Origin: a bacterium
GTDB lineage: Bacteria; 4484-113; JAGGVC01
Direction: 5' to 3'
Assembly (NCBI GenBank): GCA_021158185.1
Contig: JAGGVC010000034.1
Span: 1-58,680, forward strand
DNA: 58,680 nt
Both the position numbers and the translations under genes were made by a program. Positions 35,265 to 46,559 of this stretch are shown here, piece after piece; within the stretch, counting starts at the first letter, position 1; the number at the start of each line of letters is the position of its first letter. The notes under the pieces were generated by a model, which was not told the origin of the DNA, searched no databases, and saw only the letters and a list, made by a program, of their open reading frames with translations.

Positions 35265-36746
35265 TTACCCCTGCCGGCCATCTTCCGGATACCATCGCGG
35301 AATGAAATTCCTCGCCGCTGCTGTTTCGTCCGGATTAACTACCTGAAGCAGATTCGCATCGGGTTTCTTGAATTTCTCCGGATCGGATTTTATGGCTTCG
35401 GCGAGTCCTTTCATAACCTCAATGAAATGATCGAGTGTCTCCTTGCTTTCGGTATCTGTAGGCTCAATCATCAGTGCCTCGTGAACGATGAGCGGGAAAT
35501 ATGTCGTGGGTGCGTGGATCCCTTTTTCGAGAAGCTTCTTATCAACGTCTTTCGCAGTTACTCCATACTCGCGCTTGAAGTGCTCTGCGCTTGCAACAAA
35601 CTCATGCATGCAGCGCGCGTAATATGGAATTTCAAACGCGTCCTTTATTCCTTCTTGGATATAGTTGGCGTTGATCACAGCGTTTTCAGCCACGCGCCTT
35701 AAGCCACGCGCGCCGATATGAACGAAATAAGCGTACGTGCGAACGAGCACGAGAAAGTTCCCCCACCATGCCTTCATCCTGCCAATCGAATGCTCAGGCC
35801 AGACTACTTCCGGCTTCCCGTTCTTCACACAGAAAACCGCGCCAGGAAGAAATGGTGCGAGCTTCTCTTTGACACCGATCGGCCCGGCTCCCGGCCCGCC
35901 GCCTCCATGCGGAGTAGAAAAAGTCTTATGTGTATTCAGATGCAGAAGATCGAAGCCCATATCGCCCGGCCTGACGATTCCAAGAAGTGCGTTCAGATTC
36001 GCGCCGTCGTAGTAAAGCAGTGCACCGATTTTGTGGAGCATATCTGCGATTTCACAGATGTGTGACTCATAAAGCCCCAGCGTATTCGGGTTCGTGAGCA
36101 TAATACCTGCGATCTTTTCGGCACCGTACTTGTTAATCACAGCCTCAATCGCCGATGGGTCGGTCAGCCCTTCATCCGTGCTTTTGACCTCGACAACATT
36201 GAATCCCGCAACTGCTGCGCTTGCCGGATTGGTTCCGTGCGCACTGTCGGGAACTATCATGATCTCCCGTTCGGATTCGCCGATGTGGTCGAAGTACTTC
36301 CTGAATGTCAACATTCCAGCAAACTCGCCTTGCGCACCTGCAGCAGGCTGCAATGCAAATGATTCCATCCCGGTTGTTTCACACATCCACTCCGATGTTT
36401 CAGCAAGAAGCTCAACTATGCCATCCGCAGTGATGAGCGGCTGCGATGGATGAACTCCCGCGAATCCATCGAATCCCGCCGCCTTGTCGCAAAGGCGGGG
36501 GTTGTATTTCATAGTGCAGCTTCCTAGCGGATAGAAGCCCGTATCCACACCGAAGGTTCGAAGAGAAAGCCTCGTGTAGTGGCGGACAACATCGAGGTGC
36601 GAAACTTCGGGAATGAAAGGAGCGGATTCGGGAGCAAGCCCCTCCGGAGCGGTGAATTCCCAATTGAAATTCCGTTTGGGATACCTGACACCGCGGCGGC
36701 CCTGTACACTTTTGTCGAAAATCAATGCGTCCTTGGCGTATGTCAT
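35265..36746 (-). CDS. gcvPB: Glycine dehydrogenase subunit 2
   Basis: YPLGSCTMKYNP, HLNTHKTFSTPHGGGGPG. Confidence 0.96.
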   Translation of the reverse strand: MTYAKDALIFDKSVQGRRGVRYPKRNFNWEFTAPEGLAPESAPFIPEVSHLDVVRHYTRLSLRTFGVDTGFYPLGSCTMKYNPRLCDKAAGFDGFAGVHPSQPLITADGIVELLAETSEWMCETTGMESFALQPAAGAQGEFAGMLTFRKYFDHIGESEREIMIVPDSAHGTNPASAAVAGFNVVEVKSTDEGLTDPSAIEAVINKYGAEKIAGIMLTNPNTLGLYESHICEIADMLHKIGALLYYDGANLNALLGIVRPGDMGFDLLHLNTHKTFSTPHGGGGPGAGPIGVKEKLAPFLPGAVFCVKNGKPEVVWPEHSIGRMKAWWGNFLVLVRTYAYFVHIGARGLRRVAENAVINANYIQEGIKDAFEIPYYARCMHEFVASAEHFKREYGVTAKDVDKKLLEKGIHAPTTYFPLIVHEALMIEPTDTESKETLDHFIEVMKGLAEAIKSDPEKFKKPDANLLQVVNPDETAAARNFIPRWYPEDGRQG

Positions 36747-38104
36747 TTCGCCACCTCCGATTTAAGTGCATTGACATAGAATTCCAGATCTTCCTCGGTA
36801 TTCTGCTCCGTTACGGCTACGAGCCAGCGATCCTTCGAACCTCCGAACATTGAGAGCGGTATTCCGGGAAGTACTCCTTTCTCAATCATCCCATCGAAAA
36901 TACGATCAGGATCGTCATTCTCGATTTTAATCACAAATTCGTTGAAGAATTGAGCATCGGGAAATGCGAGCGAAACATGGTCAAGCTTGCAGAGCGATTC
37001 AGCAAGGTAGTGTGCACCACCGCTTGAAAGCGCGCCGACTTCCTTGAAGCCCTCCTTTCCGATGCTCGAAAGATAAATCGTCGCTGTGAGCGCCATCAGC
37101 GCCGAATTGGTACAGATACTCGAATTCGCCTTTCCTCTTCGGATATGCTGCTCGCGCGCCTGGAGCGTCATCACGTACGCATTTCTGCCGTTCTCATCCG
37201 TCGTTTTCCCGATGAGTCTTCCCGGCAGAAAACGAACGAGCTTCTTTTTTGTTGCCAGAAATCCGAGACCCGGCCCGCCGAATCCCATCGGAATACCCAA
37301 AGACTGTCCTTCTCCGAATGCAATGTCTGCCCCAAGATCCCCAGGCCGCTTCACCCAGCCCGCGCAGAACGGATAAACGCCGATTGCCAGGAGCGTCCCG
37401 TGTGAGTGGCATATCTCGGCAAGCGCGGAAAGCCCGCCTTCGAAGCATCCATAGAAGTTGGGAATCTGGACAACGACGCACGCCACATCATCGCCTGCAA
37501 GCATTTTTTCGATCTCCACAGCATCAAGCACAAAGCCCGCATCAGCCCGATACGGCAGATCGAGCACGTCCATTTCCCATCCGAGGTTGTACGTATCAAA
37601 CGTTTCTCTGTAGTGCGGATGGATGTTGGAGCTTATTACAGATTTCTTCCTCTTTGTAGCTGTACGCGCGATGCTGACCGCGTCCGCGCAAGCACTCGCG
37701 CCGCCATAGCTCGACGCGTTCGAGACTTCGAGACCTGTCAATTCGCAAATGTATGTCTGATACTCGAATATCGTCTGAAGAAGCCCTTGGCTGACCTCTG
37801 ACTGGTACGGCGTATAAGCCGTTACGAATTCCGAGCGGGAGGCGAGCTGCGATACGACAGGCGGGATGTAATGGTTATAAATGCCGCCGCCGGCAAAAAT
37901 CCTGCCGGCTCTGAACGTAGTGTTTTTCGCGGCCAGCTTCCCCATCTCTGCGAGTGTTTCCATCTCGGAAAGCCCGTCGGGCAGGTTGAGGCTATCAATC
38001 CTTGTTTCAGCAGGTATGGAGTCTAGCAATTCTTCAAAGCTCTCTATCCCGATCGCGGCAAGCATTGACTTGCGCTGCTCATCGGTATTGGAAATGTACG
38101 GCAT
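36743..38104 (-). CDS. gcvPA: Glycine dehydrogenase subunit 1
   Basis: TAYTPYQSEVSQG, REQHIRRGKANSSICTN. Confidence 0.96.
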   Translation of the reverse strand: MPYISNTDEQRKSMLAAIGIESFEELLDSIPAETRIDSLNLPDGLSEMETLAEMGKLAAKNTTFRAGRIFAGGGIYNHYIPPVVSQLASRSEFVTAYTPYQSEVSQGLLQTIFEYQTYICELTGLEVSNASSYGGASACADAVSIARTATKRKKSVISSNIHPHYRETFDTYNLGWEMDVLDLPYRADAGFVLDAVEIEKMLAGDDVACVVVQIPNFYGCFEGGLSALAEICHSHGTLLAIGVYPFCAGWVKRPGDLGADIAFGEGQSLGIPMGFGGPGLGFLATKKKLVRFLPGRLIGKTTDENGRNAYVMTLQAREQHIRRGKANSSICTNSALMALTATIYLSSIGKEGFKEVGALSSGGAHYLAESLCKLDHVSLAFPDAQFFNEFVIKIENDDPDRIFDGMIEKGVLPGIPLSMFGGSKDRWLVAVTEQNTEEDLEFYVNALKSEVAK

Positions 38105-38257
38105 GTTTCCTCCTTTAAGGACAGACGTATTTGATAACCGACTCAATTTTATCCTGCACCAACCGTTGCAGCAACATGTTTTCACGCGAATGCGCAAGTG
38201 CTATGCGTAGCAAAGTGAAGGCTGACGGACAAAGTGGCCATGTTAACTCGATAACGC

Positions 38258-39007
38258 TTACTTCCCTGCGATCTCAAGCTCGCTTATGCAGACATCTGTC
38301 CATTTTTCGCCCTTGTAGATCGAACGGATGTGAATCGTAAAATCCGTGCACAATTCGGGAGGATCAACCTGCACAGCCTGTAGTCGGGATGAATCGCTGA
38401 ATCTATGTTTAAGCGTGCGCCCGGAAGGGAACTCTATTTCGACATCCTTGATCCTGTGGTTCATTCTGAAAATGTTGCCGAATTTCGGATGGCTGAGTTT
38501 TGCATATCCGGGTATGAGCGATATTTCGGCGACTTGCGCCTCTTCCCGAAGATAGATCTTGAGCCAGGCATCAACGTCATCTTCCCAGCGCGCATTCCAC
38601 GCCGTCTCCGGATCCCCGTCGAGCATCATCCGCGGATCGTAATTGCCGTAGCTTGTTGATTCATTCGAGGAAAACGCTTTGACATGATCTATTCTGGGAG
38701 TCGTAATGATTGAAATATCCGCTGGCGGAACAGCATCGTCACCCGCCCCGTCAACTTCTGATGTTTCATCAGGAACAAAAACATCCAACGGTATCCCTGC
38801 CCCCGCATCATCTTCCACTGCGACCTGCCTGATGCTGGCGGACGTGTTCTTGTAGTAGATAATGAAAAGCGTAATCACGGCGATAAGCGCCACGCCGAGA
38901 ACAATCGTAATGGCCATCAGCGTGGAATACGGAATCGCGTGATAGACCTCATCGAACTCAGCATCTTCAAACTCTACATCTCTTTCATCGTTCAAGTTAT
39001 TCTGCAT
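38258..39007 (-). CDS. Membrane-anchored discoidin/F5-8-like domain protein
   Basis: TM helix; DGDPETAW, GYAK, VCISELEI. Confidence 0.7.
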   Translation of the reverse strand: MQNNLNDERDVEFEDAEFDEVYHAIPYSTLMAITIVLGVALIAVITLFIIYYKNTSASIRQVAVEDDAGAGIPLDVFVPDETSEVDGAGDDAVPPADISIITTPRIDHVKAFSSNESTSYGNYDPRMMLDGDPETAWNARWEDDVDAWLKIYLREEAQVAEISLIPGYAKLSHPKFGNIFRMNHRIKDVEIEFPSGRTLKHRFSDSSRLQAVQVDPPELCTDFTIHIRSIYKGEKWTDVCISELEIAGK

Positions 39008-39054
39008 TTCGTGCTCCGTAAACCTCGGCGGAATTAATGGAATGGCATTCCCGT

Positions 39055-40005
39055 CTAGCGAAACAACACATTAAAGACAATAAAAACTATCACAAAAAGC
39101 GGGCTTACAACAAGAAGGCTGTCGATTTTATCCAGAACTCCACCGTGCTCAGGCAGAAAAACACCGCTCTCCTTCCTCTCGTTCAATCGCTTCACAAGTG
39201 AGAAATATAGGTCTCCCAGATGGCCTAAACCAGCAATTATTGCGCCGAAAACCGCACTGAATCCAATCATCACAATATCTAGCCTGGAAATTGCCGGCAC
39301 GGTTAAATACAGGAAAGCCGGCAAAGCAATTGCCCCGGTCATTATGCAGCCAATCAAACCTTCGACAGTTTTCTTGGGACTGACATTCGAACAGAGTTTT
39401 CTTCTGCCCAATGCCTTTCCTGTGAAAAACGCCCCAGCATCGGCACCCCACGAGAGAAGTAGTACGAGGAACCAGACATATCCCGGCCCGAACGTGTAGA
39501 TCATTGCAAAGCTCGCAAGCCCGACAAACAAAAGAGTGTATGTTGCGGCGATGTAGAACACAGTCTGCAACGGAAGTTCCCCGTCCGGATACTCGACTAC
39601 CGCTCGATACACGATAACGAGGAAAACGCCTATCAAGCAGAATGGAATCAGCATGAGAAAGAAGTCGGATATCTGGCACCAAGCTTGGCCAGTCAAGAGC
39701 GAATCAGTATTCGGATGAAACCCCGTCTCCATTCCAGCAAGCCCGCCGTTGGAAAAATAGATGGATTTGGTATTAACGTATACGCAAAGCCCTGAGATAA
39801 AAAGAACGTAGCTCAGTACCATTATTATCAGGAGCGGATTCAGGATTCTGCTTGGCAACGCCGGTCTCGCAATTCTAAGCATCTCACGGGCTGCGATACC
39901 TAACACGACAGCGAGAAGGAGCAATCCGAGCAGTTTGCTGCCTATCAGTATGGCAACGACGATAATCCCAGCAATCAAACCGATGGTAAAGCGTCGCACA
40001 GACAC
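39055..40005 (-). CDS. cdsA: Phosphatidate cytidylyltransferase
   Basis: SPKKTVEG, GDL..S.VKR, HGGVLDKIDS. Confidence 0.92.
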   Translation of the reverse strand: MSVRRFTIGLIAGIIVVAILIGSKLLGLLLLAVVLGIAAREMLRIARPALPSRILNPLLIIMVLSYVLFISGLCVYVNTKSIYFSNGGLAGMETGFHPNTDSLLTGQAWCQISDFFLMLIPFCLIGVFLVIVYRAVVEYPDGELPLQTVFYIAATYTLLFVGLASFAMIYTFGPGYVWFLVLLLSWGADAGAFFTGKALGRRKLCSNVSPKKTVEGLIGCIMTGAIALPAFLYLTVPAISRLDIVMIGFSAVFGAIIAGLGHLGDLYFSLVKRLNERKESGVFLPEHGGVLDKIDSLLVVSPLFVIVFIVFNVLFR

Positions 40006-40115
40006 AAGTATAACGTATTAACGGAAATGCGTGAAAGGCATTTGAATGAATTGGCGCCAACTGAAGCCGGTCAAGCGGCAATGCTGCGATAATGTGATAT
40101 GCACTCGAAAGAAGG

Positions 40116-40895
40116 CTACAGATTCTCCACCTTTCCGAATCTTCTCTCGCGGGTCTGATAGTCTACGATTGCGCGGATATATTCTTCCTGCGAAAACTCA
40201 GGCCACAGCGAATCGGAGAACCAGAGTTCGGTATATGCGCATTGCCACAAAAGGAAATTCGAAATCCTGTATTCACCGCTCGTACGGATGAGCAGGTCGG
40301 GGTAAGGTATTTCCGGGTGGTAGAGAAAGTCCTTGAAGAACTCCTCGGTCAATTCCTCGATTTTTAGATCACCCCGCAGAACCGCCTTATGAACTTCCCT
40401 GACTGCATCCACGATTTCCTGGCGTCCAGAATAGTTGACGGCTATATTGAGAACAAGGTTGTCGTTATCTCTCGTCAACTTCTGAGCTTCATTAAACTTT
40501 GCGTGAATGCGCTCAGGGAGGATACTCGTGTCACCCGAAACGATAAATCTGATGCCCCGTTTATGGAGTTTATTTACTTCGATATCAAGGATCTCTTCGA
40601 ACAGCCCGAAAAGAGAATTAACCTCCATGAGCGGACGAAAGATGTTTTCCGAAGAAAACGCAAAGAGCGACAGGTGCTTGACACCGATATCCAGGCTGGT
40701 TTCAACTACCATTCGCACGGTTTCCACGCCTTCCCTGTGTCCGATGACGCGTGCAAATCCGTATTTCTTTCCCCAGCGCCCGTTCCCGTCCATTATGATG
40801 CCCACATGTCTTGGAATGTGATTTCCGTCAATCCTACTATAGAGTTCTGCTTCCGACTCGGGCATTTTGAAATCAATTGTCTTTGTCTTGCTCAA
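40116..40895 (-). CDS. uppS: Undecaprenyl diphosphate synthase
   Basis: IMDGNGRW, AFSSEN, DLLIRTSGEYRISNFLLWQ. Confidence 0.96.
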   Translation of the reverse strand: MSKTKTIDFKMPESEAELYSRIDGNHIPRHVGIIMDGNGRWGKKYGFARVIGHREGVETVRMVVETSLDIGVKHLSLFAFSSENIFRPLMEVNSLFGLFEEILDIEVNKLHKRGIRFIVSGDTSILPERIHAKFNEAQKLTRDNDNLVLNIAVNYSGRQEIVDAVREVHKAVLRGDLKIEELTEEFFKDFLYHPEIPYPDLLIRTSGEYRISNFLLWQCAYTELWFSDSLWPEFSQEEYIRAIVDYQTRERRFGKVENL

Positions 40896-40970
40896 TAATA
40901 TCTCCTCCAGAACAAAAGCGCATCTTGTCCTGTTCGGGATTTTCAACTGCAGGCCGCATTGCCCTTCCTT

Positions 40971-41534
40971 CTAAAACTCCTCGATCTCTCCGGCCTTCTG
41001 CTTGAATAAATCATCAATCTGCTCGATGTAGGTTTCCGTCAACTTATCAATTTCGTCGTTTGCGCGTCTTAAGTCGTCCTCGCCGATTTCCTTGGCCTTT
41101 TCGAGTTTCTTGTTCTTGTCGATAGCATCCCGCCTGATGTTACGAAGTGCAACCTTGCCATCCTCCGCGATCCTTCCTGCAATCTTGACAAGCTCCTTTC
41201 TGCGCTCATCCGTTGGTTGCGGAATATTTATCCTCAGTATCCTGCCATCGTTGATTGGCGTCAGTCCAAGGTCGCTCTGTAGAATTCCGCGCTCGATACT
41301 CTTCAGAATGTGCGGATCATAAGGATTAACAACAAGATTCGACGCATCCGGAGTCGATATGTTGGCGAGTTGGTTAAGAGGCGTTTTTGTTTCGTAGGCT
41401 TCGACCATCACGCGATCAAGTAGAGCTGGATTAGCGCGTCCCGCACGGAGATGTGCCAGCTCCTCCTGCGTATTGCTGACTGTTTTCTCCATCCTCTCAT
41501 CCGCTTCAAGATAAACATCGTCGATCGTAGGCAT
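40971..41534 (-). CDS. frr: Ribosome recycling factor
   Basis: RAGRANP, LRNIRRDA; synteny. Confidence 0.97.
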   Translation of the reverse strand: MPTIDDVYLEADERMEKTVSNTQEELAHLRAGRANPALLDRVMVEAYETKTPLNQLANISTPDASNLVVNPYDPHILKSIERGILQSDLGLTPINDGRILRINIPQPTDERRKELVKIAGRIAEDGKVALRNIRRDAIDKNKKLEKAKEIGEDDLRRANDEIDKLTETYIEQIDDLFKQKAGEIEEF

Positions 41535-41543
41535 AACACCCTC

Positions 41544-42251
41544 CTAAACGTGAAGCAAGGTTCCGACCGAAACATCACCGTCAATTATTCTAGCAAGATT
41601 CCCGCTTCTCGTAATATCAAAAACGATAATCGGCAGCTTGTTCTCCCTGCATAAAGCAAAGGCTGTCGCGTCGAGTATCCGCAAGTCTCGTTCGAGCGCT
41701 TCGGTGAAGCTGACCTTGTCGAATCTGACCGCATCGGGATATTCCTCAGGATCCTTATCGTAGACACCGTCAACACGTGTTCCTTTGATAAAAACATCGG
41801 CCCGAATCTCAAGCCCTCTGAGCGCTGCTGCGGAATCGGTCGAAAAATAAGGATTGCCCGTTCCTGCGGCGAAAATCACAACCCTGCCCTTTTCGAGGTG
41901 GCGTATCGCGCGTCGCTGGATGTACGGCTCGCACACGCGCGGCATTTCTATTCCGCTCATCACGCGCGTTTGAACGTCTATCTTTTCGAGTGCGCTTTGG
42001 AGGGCAAGAGCGTTGATTACAGTGGCAACCATACCCATGTAATCCGCAGTAGAGCGTTCAAGCCCGCTTAACGCAAGCTCCTTGCCGCGAATGAAGTTTC
42101 CTCCTCCGACAACAAGTGCAACCTGAGAACCCATTCGCCTCGCAGCTTTAACCTCATCCGCGTACTGCTGCAAGGCTTCCGTGCAAAGCCCGTTTTCAGC
42201 ATCGCCCTTGAGCGATTCGCCGGAAAGCTTCAGGAGAATCCGCCCGTACAT
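41544..42251 (-). CDS. pyrH: UMP kinase
   Basis: LLKLSGE, GGGNFIRG, GTGNPYFSTD. Confidence 0.97.
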   Translation of the reverse strand: MYGRILLKLSGESLKGDAENGLCTEALQQYADEVKAARRMGSQVALVVGGGNFIRGKELALSGLERSTADYMGMVATVINALALQSALEKIDVQTRVMSGIEMPRVCEPYIQRRAIRHLEKGRVVIFAAGTGNPYFSTDSAAALRGLEIRADVFIKGTRVDGVYDKDPEEYPDAVRFDKVSFTEALERDLRILDATAFALCRENKLPIIVFDITRSGNLARIIDGDVSVGTLLHV

Positions 42252-42274
42252 ATGAGCCCTCCCGCGGTGCGAGT

Positions 42275-43174
42275 TTAGCTTCCAAGCTGAAAACGCGCAA
42301 ATCGATCGATCGTCACGACATTTCCCGAAGCGGATTTGTTGATAAACTCCTCGACCTTTTCCTTGCCCGTTTCATCCCTGTAATAGGCCTGCTTAAGAAG
42401 GCAACACTCGCTGTAGAACTTGTTGATTCGGCCTAGAATTATCTTCTCAACTATCGCCTCAGGTTTACCCTCGGACAAAGCCTGCTCGCGATAGATCGCC
42501 TTTTCCTTTTCAAGAGCATCTTCCGGAACATCACCCGGCGAGATGTAATCAGGACTATAGGCGCAAATATGAATCGCAACTTCCTCGGTAAGCTCCTTGA
42601 ACATATCCGAGGATGCGAATTCATCACTTTCTGTCGAAGCCAGAATCAGAACTCCGGCCTTGCCGCCCATATGACTGTACGCATTGACGATACCGGGCCC
42701 TCCCTCAACTTCAAAACGCGCGTAGCGCGAAATGCGCATGTTCTCACCAAGCTTCGCAACACCAGCATTTATGAATTCCTTGATCGTTTTGGAAGGATCG
42801 CTTCCCAGCGTTTCTTCAAGCAGTGATTCGCAGCTTTCATCGATGACATTGCCCGTTTTCGAATGAAGCAGGTGATCTGCAATCTCACCGCAAATACCCT
42901 TGAAATCATCTGTGCGCGCTACGAAATCCGTCTCGCAGTTCACCTCTACCATAACTCCGGACTTCCCGTCTTCAGCTATCAGAAAACTAACAAGCCCCTC
43001 GCTTGTTTTGCGTTCGCTCTTACCGGCTGCCTTTGCGATGCCCTTGATCCTTAGAATCTCAATTGCCTTATCGGGGCTGCCTTCGGCTTCGGTTAGAGCT
43101 TTCTTGCAGTCCATCATTCCTGCGCCAGTCTGTCTTCGCAACTCGGCTACATCTTTCGCAGAAATACTCGACAT
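42275..43174 (-). CDS. tsf: Elongation factor Ts
   Basis: LRRQTGAGMMDCKKAL, EVNCETDFVA. Confidence 0.98.
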   Translation of the reverse strand: MSSISAKDVAELRRQTGAGMMDCKKALTEAEGSPDKAIEILRIKGIAKAAGKSERKTSEGLVSFLIAEDGKSGVMVEVNCETDFVARTDDFKGICGEIADHLLHSKTGNVIDESCESLLEETLGSDPSKTIKEFINAGVAKLGENMRISRYARFEVEGGPGIVNAYSHMGGKAGVLILASTESDEFASSDMFKELTEEVAIHICAYSPDYISPGDVPEDALEKEKAIYREQALSEGKPEAIVEKIILGRINKFYSECCLLKQAYYRDETGKEKVEEFINKSASGNVVTIDRFARFQLGS

Positions 43175-43218
43175 AATCGCTGTCCTCCATATGGGTTAGG
43201 CAAAAATCCTATTAAATG

Positions 43219-44187
43219 CTACTCATCATGTTCCACATGTTCCGCCGGTTCATCTGCGGATGGCTCTTCAACATCTTCGACTGGTGCTGTTTCGTCGGTA
43301 TCGCCAGCGGTTTCTTGAGAATCATCCTTGCTCTCGTCATCGACGGCTTTTTCTTGCTCATCAAGCTCGATATCCGTCTCTTCAGTTTTCTCTGCCACAT
43401 CAGGCCCGATATCCGTTCCCTCAGTTTTCTCTGGCACAGCAGGCACGGTATCCTCTTCTTCATCAGAAATTGAAGTCTGTATGAGCACTGAATCCGGCGG
43501 CAGGAATCCCTGTTTCGCTTCGAGAACGCTGTCTGCGATAATCTGGCAAAACAGCCTGATTGATCGGATAGCATCGTCGTTGCCGATGATCATCATGTCA
43601 ACCGAATCCGGGTCGCAGTTGCTGTCCAGGATGCCGATCACGGGGATACCGCATTTCCTCGCCTCGCGCACGGCGTTCTCTTCCTTTTTGACATCGATAA
43701 TGAAAAGTGCCTGAGGCAAACCTTCCATATCCACAATGCCCCCGATGAACTTCTCAAGCCGATTAAGTTCGTCGCCAAGGGACTTCGCTTCCTTCTTGCC
43801 CACAGCATCGAAATAGCCGTCTTCCTTCAGCTTACGTAGTTCCTTGAGGCGCGCAGCGCGCTTCCTGATCGTGCGGAAGTTAGTAAGCGTTCCCCCCAGC
43901 CAACGCTTGTTAACAAATGGCATTCCGGCCTTGTCCGCCTCTTCGTAAATCGCTTCCTGGGCTTGCTTCTTCGTCCCTACAAAGAGGATCTTCCCGCCGT
44001 CCGAAACCAGGCGAACGATATAATCGTGAATATCATCGATCATCTTCGTTGTCTGCTGCAAATCGAGGATGTGAATGCCGTTACGTTTCGTAAATATGTA
44101 AGGCGCCATTTTAGGATTCCATTTGCGCGTGGGATGCCCAAAATGCGCTCCACATTCAAGTAATTGCCTAAGCGAAATCAGTGCCAA
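43219..44187 (-). CDS. rpsB: 30S ribosomal protein S2 with acidic C-terminal tail
   Basis: [28 protein letters not shown]. Confidence 0.98.
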   Translation of the reverse strand: MALISLRQLLECGAHFGHPTRKWNPKMAPYIFTKRNGIHILDLQQTTKMIDDIHDYIVRLVSDGGKILFVGTKKQAQEAIYEEADKAGMPFVNKRWLGGTLTNFRTIRKRAARLKELRKLKEDGYFDAVGKKEAKSLGDELNRLEKFIGGIVDMEGLPQALFIIDVKKEENAVREARKCGIPVIGILDSNCDPDSVDMMIIGNDDAIRSIRLFCQIIADSVLEAKQGFLPPDSVLIQTSISDEEEDTVPAVPEKTEGTDIGPDVAEKTEETDIELDEQEKAVDDESKDDSQETAGDTDETAPVEDVEEPSADEPAEHVEHDE

Positions 44188-44429
44188 TCCTGATAACTCT
44201 CCTTAATTGAATCTGCTCAAAACGAACCTTTCTTATATCACATCGCATTGCTCCACACAAGATTTCACAAGGCTAATGCTAAAGTACCTAATCCAAGGCA
44301 GTCTGACATCCTACAGCGCAATACCGAGCGCCGATTCGGCTTCATCCGCATACAACATACTTCCATACAGGCGTCTCGGTTCCCACAGTCCACATTCCTG
44401 TCTAAACCCACTCGTGATAAAATCAGCCC

Positions 44430-45371
44430 GTGGTAGCAGATGATGTGAGAACTGGCGAAGTGAGCGGAGGCGATGAATCCGCGCCCGATGAAGCGAACAC
44501 ACTTACATCCTTTGACGCATCGTTCATGGCAAAACTCGAAAAGCTCGATTATCTCGCAAAGAAGATGTTCCGCGGCAAGCTCAGGGGCGAGAAACGCAGC
44601 CGCAAACTCGGACAATCGGTCGAATTCCACGACTTCCGCCCGTATATGCCGGGCGACGATATCCGGCGCATCGACTGGAATCTCTACGCCCGACTCGAAA
44701 AGTACTTCATCAAGCTCTTCGTCGAGGAAGAAGATCTAACGCTCTATCTGATCGTCGATTCATCGGCATCGATGAATTTCGGGGAGCCGAACAAGTTCGT
44801 CTTCGCACGGCGTCTCGCTGCCGCGCTTTCGTACATCGCGCTCTCCAACCTTGAACGCGTCCAGGTCGCAGTTTTCGACGACCGGCTGAACATCATCCAG
44901 CGCCCGACGCGCGGCAGAAGCAAGTTTCTGCGTCTATTCGAGATTCTCGCAGCCCGGCAGACCGGCGGCGCAAGCTCGCTTGTCACGTCAATCGCGCAGT
45001 TTGTCGCGCAGAAACCGCTTCCCGGTGTAACCATCGTCCTTTCCGATTTCCTTTTCGAGAACCCGACCCAGGCTCTCAGCGGGCTCGTCGGGCGCGGCAA
45101 CCAGGTTATGCTCATTCAGACGCTTTCTCCGGTCGAAATCAAGCCCGACCTCACAGGGGATCTCGAACTTGTCGACTCGGAATCGGGCCGCACGATGAAT
45201 GTAAGCATGGGAAGCGGCGTGTTCCGGCGCTATCTCAGAAATCTCGAAGCCCTGAAAAGCGAACTTGCAGGCTGGGCGAGAAAAACATCTAGCGACTACA
45301 TCCTCGTTCCTACGGATGCCGATTTGGTTGACATCGTCCTGAGAGATCTCAGGGGCGTACTCGTGAGGTAA
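44430..45371 (+). CDS. DUF58 (vWA-like) protein
   Basis: SVEFHDFRPYMPGDDIRRIDW, DSSASM, VLSDF. Confidence 0.92.
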   Translation: MVADDVRTGEVSGGDESAPDEANTLTSFDASFMAKLEKLDYLAKKMFRGKLRGEKRSRKLGQSVEFHDFRPYMPGDDIRRIDWNLYARLEKYFIKLFVEEEDLTLYLIVDSSASMNFGEPNKFVFARRLAAALSYIALSNLERVQVAVFDDRLNIIQRPTRGRSKFLRLFEILAARQTGGASSLVTSIAQFVAQKPLPGVTIVLSDFLFENPTQALSGLVGRGNQVMLIQTLSPVEIKPDLTGDLELVDSESGRTMNVSMGSGVFRRYLRNLEALKSELAGWARKTSSDYILVPTDADLVDIVLRDLRGVLVR

Positions 45372-45376
45372 TTCCG

Positions 45377-45844
45377 ATGCCCAGGATTCGCACAGCGGAA
45401 AACATGAAGGAGTTCGGCTCTCGGGTCGGCGCAGCGATTTCCGCGCCTGTGACCATCCTGCTTATCGGGCCGATGGGCGCAGGCAAAACGATATTCGCAC
45501 AGGGACTGATGGCCGGACTCGGCGCGAATGATCACGTGACATCGCCGAGCTTCCTCATTGCAAAGGAATACATGGGCACCCGCATCCCCGCCGTCCATCT
45601 CGATTTATTTCGCATCGACAGCTTCGAGAAGTTCAAAGAACTCGGACTCGAAGAATACCTGGACGGAACCTGGGTTGCAGTATGCGAATGGGCCGACCGC
45701 GTCGAGGAAATCGCCGGATCGAATTGTATAACGCTCAATTTCACTGTTGAACCGGACGATTCGCGCGCTGTTTCCGCAATCACGAGCGAGGCGGTAGTGC
45801 AACTCGCGTTGATCGAAGTCGTCTCCGGTAAGCACTATGCGTAG
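45377..45844 (+). CDS. tsaE: tRNA t6A biosynthesis ATPase TsaE
   Basis: GPMGAGKT, VTSPSF, HLDLFR, EW. Confidence 0.93.
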   Translation: MPRIRTAENMKEFGSRVGAAISAPVTILLIGPMGAGKTIFAQGLMAGLGANDHVTSPSFLIAKEYMGTRIPAVHLDLFRIDSFEKFKELGLEEYLDGTWVAVCEWADRVEEIAGSNCITLNFTVEPDDSRAVSAITSEAVVQLALIEVVSGKHYA

Positions 45845-46508
45845 AATTCTTGCGATAGATACAAGCGGGCCGAGTGGAATCGTTGCCGTTTCCGACGGAA
45901 CAAGGCAGCGCAACATCAGATTCGACAGTATCAGCCGCACCGGCGCTCATCTTGGCGACTACGCAGTGAGGCTTCTCGACGAGATCGGCCTTGAGATCGG
46001 CAATTTAACCAACCTCGCCGCGGGAATCGGCCCCGGCAAGTTCATTCGGACGCGTGTGGGGATTTCCTTCATCAACGGACTTGCAGCTGCGACCGGCCTG
46101 CCGATAACCCAGGTCGATTCCCTTGCCGTGCTGGGATATTCCTGCGTAGCCGATGTACACAGTACGGGCGCAGTTCGCGAGGAGAACCGAGGGAGAGTGA
46201 TAGCAGCCCACGGTCTTGCAGACACGAGCGCACCGCACTTCAATCCTGCAAAGCCCTGGAAAAATCCGCCGAAACTGATCTCGCCGGAGGATCTGCTCGA
46301 ACCCGAGTACGAACATATCGATCTCTGGGCGGTTGACGGCGACGGCAGCGAAACGCCGTTCGAAGACAAGTTCGCAATCGACATCCGTGCGGCTCACGTG
46401 TTCGGTGAAGCCAAGGCGCGGTACTTGATCAAGCTTGCTCTCGAAGGCATAAAAAGAAACTGCTTCGTGAAATTCGCCACGCCGCTCTACCACAAACCCG
46501 CAGTGTGA
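45837..46508 (+). CDS. tsaB: TsaB (divergent)
   Basis: ILAIDTS, GIGPG, C-terminal PLY; follows tsaE. Confidence 0.85.
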   Translation: MRRILAIDTSGPSGIVAVSDGTRQRNIRFDSISRTGAHLGDYAVRLLDEIGLEIGNLTNLAAGIGPGKFIRTRVGISFINGLAAATGLPITQVDSLAVLGYSCVADVHSTGAVREENRGRVIAAHGLADTSAPHFNPAKPWKNPPKLISPEDLLEPEYEHIDLWAVDGDGSETPFEDKFAIDIRAAHVFGEAKARYLIKLALEGIKRNCFVKFATPLYHKPAV

Positions 46509-46559
46509 CGAAAGATTGGCGCGGGTAAAACTACATCACCGGGAGCCCGCGGCGTAAAC

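Noticed and set aside
38105-38257. Glycine riboswitch upstream of gcvPA
   Set aside because: No recognisable GGAGA...CCGAAG...CTCTCAGG aptamer motifs
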